Below are positions 1-12,938 of a stretch of DNA of 64,000 bases, piece after piece. Source of the DNA: Lama glama (taxonomy: Eukaryota); contig CM052817.1 of the NCBI GenBank assembly GCA_028534125.1, forward strand, positions 13,890,001 to 13,954,000, in the 5' to 3' direction. How positions within the stretch are numbered: the stretch's first letter is position 1; each line of letters opens with the position of its first letter. The position numbers were made by a program, and so were the translations under genes. Under the pieces are notes generated by a model. That model worked only from the letters and a program-made list of their open reading frames with translations, did no database searches and was not told the DNA's origin.

Positions 1-538
1 GAGCCACATGGGCATGGATCTCAGTTCTTAACAGCCTTCGGCACTTCCCTAGAATCTGTACCATAGGGTTGTTGTAAGGATTAAATAAAATGTTAAGAGC
101 TTGGTATGTATTTACTTCCTGAAAGTCATTAGTATTCCTTTCATTATCAAGTTACAATTATTACGTATCTGAAGTCAACAATCAGTTAATTATAGTCTAT
201 GAAAATACTTCTTTTACATTAATATATGAATTAAGATTTCAGATATAAAATGTGCCAGTGGTTTTATTTTTTGAAAAAAGATTTCAACAGTCTTTTATAA
301 GCAAATGTGAAGTTTATTGCATAAACCCACAGTATCTTGGATCAGGAAAGAAAGCCCACAAGGACACAATAGCCTGAGATCCACAGAGCCAGGAGAGCAG
401 AAGTCACGAGGAGCCCACAGGCATTATTCTGAGGCCTAGGGTTTACCAACCCCATCCATTTCTCAAAGGCCACAGAGGTCCCAGTGACACTTGGGTTGCA
501 TGTTAAAACGTTAGCTATGGCCTCATCTGAGTCATGCT

Positions 539-971
539 GGTTATGAGTTGAATTGCCTCCCGGCCACCAATATGTTGAAGTCCTAACCCCCAGTACTTGT
601 GAATGTGATCTATTTGGAAATAGAGTCTGCTGATGATCAAGTTAAGATGAAGTCATTAGGGTGGACCCTAATCCAACAAAACTGTCCTTCTATGGAGAAG
701 ACATTTGGGCACAGAGATAGACACATGTGGAGGGAACATGATGTGAAGACACGTGGAGAACATCAACTACAAGCCAAGGAAGGCCTGAAGCTGCCAGAAG
801 CTAGGAAAGAGGCAAGAAACAGATTCTGCCTCATAGGCCGCAGAAGCAAATCAACTCTTTAGCACTGCAATTTCAGACGGCTAGCCTCCAGAACTGTGAG
901 ACAATAAATTCCTGCTGTTTGAGTCACCCAGTTTGTGGTACTTGGTTATGCAGATCTAGAAAACTAATACA
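539..971 (+). mobile_element. MaLR solo LTR (MLT1B/C-like)
   Basis: Starts gttatgagttgaattg...atatgttgaagtcctaacccccagtac, has aataaa, and ends gaaaactaataca, typical of MLT1. Confidence 0.85.
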
Positions 972-1149
972 ATGCCTGAGGGAAGATAGTCACTGGGAAT
1001 CTTAATTATAGCTAATCAATCACTTGAATTATCCCTTTTTGAGCACAGTTGCTAAATTTCTTATTGAGTAATCTCATTGCAATATTCATGTATCCATACC
1101 TTTTTAAAAAGCTAATTTTTATCACATACTTACTGATCAAAGATCTTCA

Positions 1150-1330
1150 TGTATATGGGCCATTTACTCCTCCATTCAATTGTTATGAGTCAGGAATTAT
1201 TATTATCCCCACTTTACAGATGAGAAAACTGAGAGGTAAGAACATTAAGCAATTTGCCTAAGGACGCAGGCTAGAAAGTGGCATAACTGCAGTTGTACCT
1301 GGGCAGACTGATGCCAGAGTGTGCATACTC
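1150..1330 (-). mobile_element. MIR SINE
   Basis: Core ttattatccccactttacagatgagaaaactgag. Confidence 0.8.
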
Positions 1331-2007
1331 ACACACTAGAGGGAATGCTGCCTTAGCAGGAATTAAATAAACTTTTCCCGCATTTCCCTCAACTTCAATT
1401 CAACAAAAGCCTTTCAACAAAAGGTTGTGGGATGCTAAACTTTCCTTTTTTAAATAAAACCACGCTGGCTGCTAGTGGTCAGAATTCTCCTCCTTCCTGC
1501 TTCTTTCTTTCCTCACATCCCCACCCCTTTCTCATTTTCTCCTTCCTTCTTTTTTTCCTTCCTTCCTTCCTCTTTAAGTGCTCAGTATAAAAAGAAAAAA
1601 AAACAATTATCACTTACACAATAAGAAATTTAGTTACAAACTTTGAATATGGAAATGCCATATTGTGATGTGTTCATTTAGATACTTCTCAAATACTTAC
1701 TCTTGGCTAGGAAAGATATTAGGTGCTAAATTTAAAATTATGAATAAGTTTCAGCGACCATACTTAAGGAAATGACAGTTTAGTTACAGCAGAGTTTGCA
1801 AAGCCTAGGGAGAGCTGGGGAGCACAGGGAAGCATCTTGCCCAGATAACTGCTTCCCCATCTCAGTATGAGAGCAAGCACATGAACGCACTCATGTCCTT
1901 TCAGTCAGATTCTGCATCATTTGATCCTAACAGTAGTGCACACAGTGTACTGGGTTTGAAGCTCTTCAATCTGACCTTGGACACTGCATTTGATCCATTT
2001 TATTTCG

Positions 2008-2490
2008 TGTAGTGAACACTGCTAGTTTTCTTATTCAATATCCTTCCCCTTTTCTTCCTTTCTAACAGAAGCCTGGTCTTGTTCAGAATGACAATGGCCC
2101 AGCTATAAACCTTAGCTTCTCAGACTCCCTTGCAACTAGAAATGGTTTTATGATATGGTTTTGGCCAAAGAAGTCTTCTAGGGACTTCTAGCATGTTTGT
2201 TCATTTATTCATTCATTCATTTATTTTAATGTATCCTTTCCTCCTTCAATATTTCTTCTCCTTCCTGTCTGCAACTGGACGTGGGATTGTAGTTGGAGCA
2301 ACCATGTTGGGACTATTAGTCATAAATGTGGGTGATAAAAACCATACGCTAAGTGTGATGTTGGTAAAGAGAGAACTTGATCAGACCTTCACCCTTTTTA
2401 ACTGAGAGGGAAGGAAAAAAGTCCCATAGGATTAAGCAACTAGAGTTAAGATTTCTGTTTCCCACAGCCTAATCCAATTATCCAACTGAT
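2008..2490 (+). mobile_element. Old MaLR LTR (MLT1J-like)
   Basis: tgtagtgaacactgctagtt...aatatccttccccttttcttcctttctaacagaa...ctcccttgcaactag; ends tttctgtttcccacagcc...aactgat. Confidence 0.65.
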
Positions 2491-2649
2491 GAATGATAGG
2501 AAATCAGTTCTAGCCCCAGAGAAAAGACAGGAACATTTTAGGATCTTCTGATGAAATGGCTGAATTTTTAACTGAGCAGCTAAAGAGAAAACCACTGATA
2601 CACAAGGTCTGCTCAGCCACAGGTGATGCAATCAGCATGTTATAAGCTC

Positions 2650-4100
2650 ATCTGAAATATTCATAGACAGCCCAGGATGGACAGGCAGAGGCCAAACAAG
2701 CAATAAAAGGGATTCAGAGGAAACATTCAGTACAGGGAGCAAAGGAAAATAAATTTTAAAAATATACTTGATAGCTTCAGATAAAATTTTTAAAAAGGTC
2801 ACAAAAATGGAACAAGAGCAAGTAGCCATTGTAAAAGAAGCAATAAATAGAGGAATAATGAAATGGTAGGAAATTTTTAGAAAATGTGTTAGCAGACATA
2901 AAAAGAAACCCACTAAAAAAGAGAAAAATAAATTTGAGAGATTCTTGCATAAAGAGATATAAAAGAAGTGCTGGAAAATAGGAGAGAAACAATTAAAAAA
3001 TTACAAGATCAATTCAGAAGACCCAGTATCTGGCTAAGAGAAGTTGCAGAAAGATAAAGGGGAATCAATGGTGGATAAGTACATTTCAACCAAACAAAAA
3101 TATCCCCTAGAGGTGAAAGCTTAGGTGTTCAGCTTGCAAAGACCCACCAAAGGCACAAAACAGTGAGAGGTAACAAACCCACAGAGGGACACATGATTTG
3201 GAATTTCAGAATGCCAGGGATAAGGATAAAATGCTAACAGCATCTAGAGGGGGAAAAAAAGAAACTGTTTAAAGAATGACAGTGGACTTTTAAATAAGAT
3301 ACTGGAAGAGTGAAAAAGTAAAGTTTTAAAAATTCTAAGGGAAATTCTCCACCCTAGAATTCCAAACAATAGGTCACATAAAATGGCATTCTTTTTTTTT
3401 TTAATTAAGAAAGAAAAATCTGTTTAAAAATACGTCTTTCTTTCTTAGAAAGTGATGGAGGACTCGCTCCATTAACTAGATGAAGTAGCAAATAAGAAGA
3501 GGCCCTGAGCTACAACCCAAGAAAAAGCAAAAGGAATTCCAGGCAAGGGAATTCTTCATTAGACTCTAGAGCAAAGGCTTATACAGCAGATGGAGAGAAT
3601 AAAAGCTGTACATCGGAACAAGAGGAGAGGGTCAAGGAGGAAAAATGGACTCAGGGGAATGCTGAATATGTCATCTATACTGAGAGGAGAATTACAGTTT
3701 GAGACTGAGATTGGGATTGGGAAGTTACACCTGCATAGAGTATTTAGCAAACTGAAAAAGAAAGAAGCCATTATTAACTCCAAGGAAAATGAGAAAGTAA
3801 AGCAACTATTGTCTACTATCTTGAAGCACTCTGAACAGTATTAAATAACCCTTGCTTGAATGTTGAGCGAAAACATTGGAAGAATGGAGGAGAGGCCTTG
3901 AATGTAGACAAAGGGGTGTTGCAAGAGAGTTTCAGCCTCATGTTCTATACTAGGAGGACCATAGGTAATAAATGAAGTTCAACAGTCAAGAAATATGAGT
4001 AAGAACATGTTTATTACAAAAGTCCATAGTAGAAGAAACAGTGCAAAGGTTCAAAGACGTTGCCTCTAGGGAGAAGAATTCAAAAGGAGTGTCTTGAGTG
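2650..4100 (+). mobile_element. Degenerate HAL1 / old L1 ORF1-region remnant
   Basis: A-rich, with gatcaattcagaagacccagtatct...gaagttgcagaaag and gaatttcagaatgccagggataaggataaaatgct motifs typical of HAL1/L1 ORF1; no intact frame. Confidence 0.6.
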
Positions 4101-7100
4101 GCTGGTTTTTGGTTTTTCAGCTTATCTGTGTGCTCTTCTGTTACAAGGGAGGGTCACAGACTTTAAGGCACACTTCTATTTTACTATATTTTACTTCATT
4201 GACCGTTTTGATGAAAGTGAATATGAAATAAAACTATTTGACTTTGGATTTACCTGTTGAAAAATAATCATGTGGTATTGGCCTACTGTTTCATCATATA
4301 TAATTTTTTAAATGTCATATGTATCAGAGGCTAATTCTAGTTTTTCACCACTATGGGTGTGCAGAACATACTTTCTACACCTTTATCAGATTATGCCCCT
4401 TCTATTTTATGTCCTTACTATACTCTAGGTTCTGTGACTCATTTATCCACACATTCAGTCATTTGCTCTTCAAATATTTATTCAGGCAGCACCAGTCTAG
4501 GCACTGGGGACACAGCAGAGGACATAACAGACAAAATTCTGCTGGCATCAAGCTTTGATTCTGAGTGTGTCAGGACACTGTGACCTTGGCCAAGTCACGT
4601 AATCTATTTGTGCTTTGGATTCCTCATCTTTAAAATGGGTAAAATATTACTTGCCCATTCTTTCAAAAGTGAATTTTGAGGACATGTCCAGATTAAAGTT
4701 TGTCCATGTTAAAGAAATCACCTTACAAAAGCAGCATTTTAATTTTCAAAGCGTTGATTCCACAATTATTTCTAGCACCAACAAACTGAACCCATAGGCA
4801 TAAAGCGATTGAAGGCACAAAACCACTGCCACATTTGTCTCTAGTGCTAACAGGCAGATTGCCAAATTCTGCATCTAGTCACTCAGTTTTGTCAAAATAT
4901 AGCAGGCTTTTTGATGTTGTTATTAGCAGAAAATGAAGCCCATATCCATCCCATTTTTTCCTCTGCCTATGATAAAAATATAATGAAACTATTCAAAATA
5001 AAAATGCACTCAACTGCATATGATGCAAAAGAATAACTCTGCTGAACTCAGCAACTACTTAATGCACCCCATTCCCTGCCCATCAGCTTGGATATTGAGA
5101 CTACTTTATAAATATGCAGAGACAAGCCTTTTTATACTTATTGGAAGGTCAAGAGTTTGGGAAGTATGGAGGTACAAGGCAGACAGGAATACAGTACCAC
5201 ATATTTATTAAATAATATATTGAAGACAGAAACATACCAGGCACGTTGCAAAGTATAAAACAAGCACCTGTGATTTCCGCCACCCTGGTTTACGCCACCA
5301 TCACTTCTTACCGTGGTAACTGCAAAAGCCTCCAAACTGATTTTGCTTACTTCTGCTTTGCCTCCTACCCCATGAAGACATCAGTTAGAGTGACTCACTG
5401 AAAATATAAGCTATATCATAACATCTGCCCCAAACCTTTATCGTCTTCCCCAAAAAGCCACATTCTCTGCAATACACTACACAAAATACTTGTTGAATGG
5501 GAGAATCAATTTCTCAATCACCAGTTAGACTTAGGTCACACATATGACTCAATCTTTGCCCTCGGTGATTTGTTAGGTGTTAAAATCGACATAAAAAGCA
5601 ATCAGAACATTGTAAAACAATCTATTCCTGGGATCCCCAACAAATGGTGTGAATAAGGACTTCTGGAGAACTTAGGAGGAGAAGTTCATGTTGGCCATAG
5701 TGGTCTGGATTCCTTGTACAACAGACACTTAAACATGAGTTGGGGACAAGAATGCCCTGGTAATTATGTTGTTACCTAGTTAAACACAGGACAGAAAATA
5801 CACCTATAATTCTAAATCCGTACCTACCATCTCTCTGATTCTATAAGATCCAATTTATATCCTCTGGGATAGCTTAAACTATCAAACTAAGTACAAACCA
5901 GTTACTTCTGCTGATGTAGTCAAAGTACCCTCACACAGACAGACATAAAGGAGACACACATGGCACCAATGTAAGACACTGACTTAATGTGTCAAATTCA
6001 GAACAGTAACAGGTCCATCTTAAAGGTGGTAGACACACTTAAGCTCAAGTAAACTCTTCTCTGGCATCCAATAAACTGCAACTTGATTAAGTGGTGTTTT
6101 TGCACATATATGGTACAAATCCAACTGATATTCTCCGTAGTCTCTGAGAGCCTGGATTCAATTGTGATTCAACAAGGAGAGATTAAATTAGATATAGCGT
6201 CAGGAGAGTACTGAGTTTCTATTCTAATTATTTGAAAATTGGTAATCTGTGTACATATGGCAACTTCCCCCCTGATCTGAATATTGGATTAAGTGAAACA
6301 CCCTGGCATTGCCAACTGAGTTGATTACATCTAATGAGCTAGAAATGTGGAAACAGCTCTGGGCCCTTCATCACAGGCTGCAATCTTTCAGCAGATTCCT
6401 TGGCAAAGGAAGAAGGAAAACAAATTCTGTACAAGAGTGGTTTTCAAGCCATGTCTGACCCTTTCACCAGCAAACCTTCAGTTCAAGACCACTGCATATT
6501 GTTTTCTTGGCTAACTTCTAAAATAGACTGGCTGATTCCCAGGTAACAATATGATCACCAAAAAAAAAACATGAAACAACTAAAAATGTTTTAAATATCA
6601 GAGGAGTTTTCATAAGCAAAAGATATTCTCAGGATAGGTAAAGGTTAAAAATGTGTTTCCCAAATTTCAGTTATTCACAACCACCTTTAATATCTCTACC
6701 AAAGTCCACATTTCATTTATACTATTGTTATTTTTCTTAAAGTAATTCACTCGATTTACACTTAAATATACTATTTTTAAATGAAATATTTTATCACAAC
6801 CAAATTCCAAATAAGTATCATTTGCCATAAAGAGGTACTACAAACTCCCTACTAAATACAGTGTTTGTAATGATTATCCATATATCACCTAGAAGCACCT
6901 TGCACCATCATGATATTGTCTTTAAACTTTGGGAAATTTTGATTTAGAGCAATGATACTCATTTTTTATTTAACTATCCACATATGGGGACAACACACAG
7001 ACACGCACATAAATACACACAACTGAAACAAAAGTTTTATGAAACAATATTTACCTTAAATCATATCTGATATTTTTTCTCTCTCATTAAATATGATAAG

Positions 7101-7904
7101 ACCCCACAAAAATGACTTCTCAACCTAGTAATGGCATATGACCATTAGTCTGTAAAACACCAACTTGTATAAATGGGATAGAGTGGTGTTATTCTCATTT
7201 TAGTATCTGAAATGCTAACATAATGCAATTTGCCCTAATAAAAGTATGAATTACACGTTGATGAGAAAACAAAGAGCTACATTAATTTTAGAAATGTCTA
7301 CATTGTCTTTTATATACAGTAATTTTTTTTCATAATTCCTATCCCAGCCTTCAAGGCAGAAACTTGTAACTGTTTTACATGCATTAATCGAAGTATGTTC
7401 ATAGAAAACTGGACTCACAAAATATTAATAATGTTAATTAATAAAAACAGAATCCATGCTTACTTGTGTGTCTATGTATGTGAAATGCCAGGATAAATGA
7501 AATTTAGATGTTTTAAAATATATTTTAAAAATTGATATTTTTACTACAGAACTTCTCAGAACCTTTAAAATGCTAATGAGCATGGTTGTTTTCCCAGCGG
7601 GTCATATGCTATCCAACGTTTTTCAAAATGTTTTCAGTACGAAATATTTTCTGGGTAGAATACGTTGGAGGTGACATATTTCTCTTGATGTGTATTGGTA
7701 AGTTGTTGCTTCTATGGCTTTTCATATTCCTCCATGCCTCCATGATGCTCTTTGCTTCTGCAAAATGAGTAATTGCTCCTTCTTGACCACAGCACAAGCT
7801 TTTCATCTGCATTCCTTACTCACAGTATTTCACAGCTAGCTCATATTCAACTGTTAAAATGCATTTATCTCCACATAAATATTTGCCCACAAAATAGATA
7901 AAAC

Positions 7905-8338
7905 ATAGAAACAATCCAAATATCCTTCAATAAGAGGATGGTTAAACAAAATGCATGACATCCATACAATAGAATACTATTCAGCAATTAAAAGAATGAA
8001 TTATTGACACAGGCTACATCAATAGATCTCAAACAGTAAATAAAAAAGCCAAATACAAAAAGTCACATAGTCTATGAACACATTTGTATGAAGTTATCAC
8101 CAAGGGAAAACCTATCAAGACAGACAGTTGATTCGTGGTTGCCTGGAGCTGTGGATGGGAGTGGAGAGTAACTGTAAATGGGCTGGAGGGATCCTATTGG
8201 GACAATGGAAATGTTCTAACACTGGATGTGTATAATTGTTACACAACATGGTGAATTTACTAAAATTCACTGATTTGTATGCTTAAAATGGGTAAATTTT
8301 GTGAAATATAAATTGTGTCTCAATAAAGTTATTAAAAA
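7905..8338 (+). mobile_element. L1 3' end (L1MB/L1ME-like)
   Basis: gaaacaatccaaatatccttcaa...catccatacaatagaatactattcagcaattaaaagaatgaa...gtggttgcctgg...ctcaataaag. Confidence 0.8.
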
Positions 8339-9197
8339 TTTCAGCCAGCCAGCCGGCCAGCCATTCATCCATCCACTCACCCATTCTTCCTTCCGTTAAG
8401 AGTCTTTCTCTCCTAATTCAATCTGAATGCGGCCTGTCCTTGTTTGGAAAGCACACACTATTTTGTTTATATACATCTTGAACCCTTGTCATTTGCCTTT
8501 CCACCCTTCCTCGTATTATATTCATTTGATTATTTGTCTAATATCCTCACTGGACTGAACGGCAAACACAAATGACCTCGGACTATTCCATGTAAAAATG
8601 AATACTGTTGAACCTAAGTGTAAGAAGCATTTCTATTTAAGGCAGGTTAACCATAATAAAAACATGTACAGAAATGCTCAGTAGTGGGCATTCTTAAATT
8701 GGCTGCTCTGAAATCTGACATTTACCCTTTGTTATTTAACTTTAAATAGAAGTTTAATACCTCAACACAACCACTACTATTTCAAGGACTAATAATACTA
8801 GCAGCAGCAAAGGCAGAAACATCAGGCGCAACTGCCTTTACTGGACACCCACTTCGGCTGGTGATGTTGCTGGGTGCTTCGCATTCTGTGGCTATCGTTC
8901 CAGAAAAAGAAACTAGGCACAGTGAAGTTAAGTCACTTGTTTTAGGTTGGGGGCCCTGGAATCAGAGTCTAAGGCAGATTTCCCATGCCTTGGCTTACAG
9001 AGGGACTGCCTTTAAGAGAAACTAGAAATGAGATGCAGGAAGCAAGAAAGGAAAGAGGAAGGAGCTAGGATATCTCTAGAGGGAAGAGATGGTTACAGGC
9101 TAATCCAAGGGGCGCTTAGGAGGATAAACAGGAGAGCAGAGTCTGTCCTGTCTTGAGCCCAGGAGATAAGGCTTAAATATACCTACTGTCCCAGCTA

Positions 9198-9242
9198 ATG
9201 TGTGTGTGTGTGTGTGTGTGTGTGTCCATGTGTGTGTGTATG
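9198..9242. repeat. (TG)n microsatellite
   Basis: Perfect then imperfect TG run. Confidence 0.95.
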
Positions 9243-11621
9243 TCCATGTCCCAGGCAGCTTGGCTGCATTCACCCAAGGATTACCTCCAGAGAAGGTCAC
9301 AGGTGGGAGCCCTTAGTGAATGCCCACAGTTGGGGGTGGACACGCCCACCAGGAAAAGGGGTTCCAAGAGACCTAGGCAGACACCCGCTGCTACAGCTCC
9401 TGATCCAAATCACACCCCTGGTGAAGAGAATATCTCGAATTCAAGCCCCAATAATCCTAACTTCTACATCAGTGCTTTTAACTCTCTACCTTTTCTCTTC
9501 AGTATCACATTTTGTTATGTCATGCCCTTAAAGCACACACAAACACACAGACACAACTGCACACACGCCTCTGTGATGACCTAGGTTGATCCATTAGCAT
9601 CTATTTTTAAATTAAATGTTAATTCAAACTAGGATAATACAGTCAAGCCTATCTGACACCCTCCTTTAATCTTGCTTTTAATGAATAGATAAAAATAAAT
9701 TTTAATTACATGCATTATTTAAAGTGTCTGAGGAGCCTGGAGGTTGCATGAAAGCAGCTGACTTCTTCCAGCATTTTAAGTATTTCCCCACGCCAAATCA
9801 TTGTTAGACTAACACATTTACATTCTCCGTGAATAAAGATTCGTTCAGAGCCTCAGTTCAGACAGTGCTCCCATCACTACATGTTCCAAATGAGTCAGTC
9901 TGAATTTTGGAGAAATTACTATGTATCTTTAATTTTCTCTTTATCAGCGATAAAATCATGAAGGCAAGTGGAATTTGATGTTAGAAATTACAATCTGAAA
10001 ACCAAGCAAACAAACCAAAACACAACAGGATGCCTGCCATCCAGCAACGCACAAAGGAGCTGGCTTCGTTCCGACAATGGCAGGACTTGCTGCAGTAACA
10101 CAGAGACTGTTCATGAGAAACGACAAACCCTCAGTGAACATCGCCTGCCCGAGCCCCAGGAGCCTATGTTCATCCATTTCTGTCCTTCCTCCAATTCAGC
10201 ATCCTTTCCATTTAAATGCAGACATACAGGGGATTCTGTGTCCCCCACTCATCTTGCACCCCTCTCTTTTCCTCTTCTCCCTCTTATTTTGCCTGTTTTT
10301 AAAGTCAGTCTTAGAGCTCTCAACTTCAGAATATATAGCCACAAGGTCAGGACATTTGGAATAAACAGAATGTTTGATTAGATAACGTTGTGTGTGCATT
10401 TCATGTAGAAAATAAAGTGCTACCCTGGATAGCTGCCTGTGAAAAGGCCGCCATGCCCTGTGACAATGACACAATAATTGGTTGAGCAGGTGAAAATATT
10501 ATGTGATAAATGGCATCCCAACCTGGCTGCACTTTAAGCCTGGGAAGTGACAAAAGGGGGAGATAAGGTATATTGCTTTGGGGTAAAGGAAGTATGAGTC
10601 AGAGACCAAGTCCCTGGTAGCATTTTCTCTGAAAAGGAAATCTCATAGAGTGAGGCATCTTATATCCTATTCTAAACCAGAGCCAGAAACATTTCTCCTC
10701 AATGAGCAATTTGCAAGACACTTCCCCAGGGATTCCGGATGTCTGTCAGAAAACCTCTCTGAAAATTTTTTTCCATTCATTGGAGAGAAGGGGAGGGAGG
10801 AAATATTCATGACATATGTTTATGCTTTTCATCTGTTATTTAATTTTCACAAAGAGTATTTGTGGATAAAATATTATCCTTCTTTTGAAGACAAGAAAAC
10901 TGAGAATCAAAGAAATTAAAAACAAAACAAAAAGAAAAGAAAAATAGTAACACAGATTCACTAAAAGACAGAGCCTGGATTCAACTCCAGACCGTTTTGA
11001 CCCAGATGACCACGCCCCTTGCACACACTCACGCTGCCTATAGCTCAATATAACATCTCCCAAAAGTGTTCTGCTGGATGTTAATAGGAGTCAAGCTTTG
11101 CTTAAAGTTTAGTAAAAGCAGGTTAGTTTGTTTATAAGACTTCTCAGCACTTCTAATACATCCAAGTATGTTCTGAGCCTCCAAGTGGGGCCTACAGCAC
11201 AGTGTTTCCCAAAGTCCATGACCACAGAGGCCTTTACCTGTGTGACCCTCAACTCTACTGAAAACATTTTAGAAACTACCGTTCCTCTGGTAGTACTCTA
11301 TGGCAGAAGACAAGAGAGACTAACTAGCAAGCTAAAGGGCCTACGTTTGTTTTTTTTAATTTACTTTTTAGACTTTTGCATTGTCTGAAATTTTATGAGC
11401 TTGCATTAATTTGGGAAAGAAAAAACAAAGTATCATTTATATGAATGAAGGTAATACTACTATAATAATACCAATAATATCAATAATATCATGTATGTTT
11501 CTATTAGAATGTATTTAAAAATATGTGAAAATAAATATGTGCTAAACAAAGTCCCGTGACTCTTATTAGCACTAGGTAAAGGCAAACGTGAGAACGTATT
11601 CACGTAACGTCTGATGAGTAC

Positions 11622-11831
11622 TGCAGTCGGCCCCCACACCGTGGGTTCAGCACCTGTGGGTTCAGCCAGCTGCTGATGGAATCCAGCTGAGTCCTCGGAA
11701 GCAGGACCCACAGATACAGAGCGCCAGCTGTAATATTGCCGTTTTACATAAGGACTTGTGCAGCCTCAGATTTTGATAACCGCAGGGGTCCTAGAACCAA
11801 TCCCCGATGGCTACTAAGGGGGTGACGGCAT
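11622..11831 (-). mobile_element. MER2/Tigger-family (TcMar) non-autonomous DNA transposon
   Basis: cagtcggccc... end, and ...taaggacttg...gattttgataaccgcaggggtcctagaaccaatcccc matching the reverse complement of the MER2 5' part. Confidence 0.7.
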
Positions 11832-11859
11832 AATAGTAAGTCAATAATAAACAGAGTTA

Positions 11860-12060
11860 TGTACGGCCAGGCATTGTCTAAGTGCCTGATACACAATGCC
11901 AGATCATTTAACCATCACAGCAACCCCCTGAGATAAGTATTATTATCTCCATGTGATAGATGAGGAACCTGGAACAAAGATAAGTTACTTTGCTTCTCAA
12001 AGTCCTACCAGTGCCCAAGTAAGTGTGTGGCAGAATCTGGTGCCAGATTTTTTTGTATTT
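11860..12060 (-). mobile_element. MIR SINE
   Basis: ccaggcattgtctaagtgc...tattattatctccatgtgatagatgaggaacctg. Confidence 0.75.
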
Positions 12061-12438
12061 ATTTTATTAATTCCATACTGCTTATGTCCCTCACTTCAAC
12101 GTGTTTTGCAAAGGAGTCCAGAAGCCTATGTAAAGCTATGTAAGGGCTCCCGCTATTTTATTTCCCCCTTTAACTTTCCACCCCTCTTCTTGAGCTTTTG
12201 TTACTGGGAAATATAATTATGTATACAATATCAAAAATATTTTAAAATAAAAAAAACTATAAAATTTGACTCAGCAATGTAAAAGTAGCATTACCTCACA
12301 GTCATTGGCCTGACTCCCTTCCTCAGAGCCACGTGCTGAGTACCGAGTAAGCCCTCCTGCAGGGAGAGGAGCATGAGTCGCAGACGCCCTCTGCCTGGAA
12401 AAAGGCGCCCAGCTGTGCCGAGGAGGCAAGATGTTTAA

Positions 12439-12938
12439 NNNNNNNNNNNNNNNNNNNNNNNNNNNNNNNNNNNNNNNNNNNNNNNNNNNNNNNNNNNNNN
12501 NNNNNNNNNNNNNNNNNNNNNNNNNNNNNNNNNNNNNNNNNNNNNNNNNNNNNNNNNNNNNNNNNNNNNNNNNNNNNNNNNNNNNNNNNNNNNNNNNNNN
12601 NNNNNNNNNNNNNNNNNNNNNNNNNNNNNNNNNNNNNNNNNNNNNNNNNNNNNNNNNNNNNNNNNNNNNNNNNNNNNNNNNNNNNNNNNNNNNNNNNNNN
12701 NNNNNNNNNNNNNNNNNNNNNNNNNNNNNNNNNNNNNNNNNNNNNNNNNNNNNNNNNNNNNNNNNNNNNNNNNNNNNNNNNNNNNNNNNNNNNNNNNNNN
12801 NNNNNNNNNNNNNNNNNNNNNNNNNNNNNNNNNNNNNNNNNNNNNNNNNNNNNNNNNNNNNNNNNNNNNNNNNNNNNNNNNNNNNNNNNNNNNNNNNNNN
12901 NNNNNNNNNNNNNNNNNNNNNNNNNNNNNNNNNNNNNN
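12439..12938. other. Assembly gap (500 N)
   Basis: Run of N. Confidence 1.

Noticed and set aside
9198..9584. Cys/Val-repeat ORFs
   Set aside because: Translation of a (TG)n microsatellite
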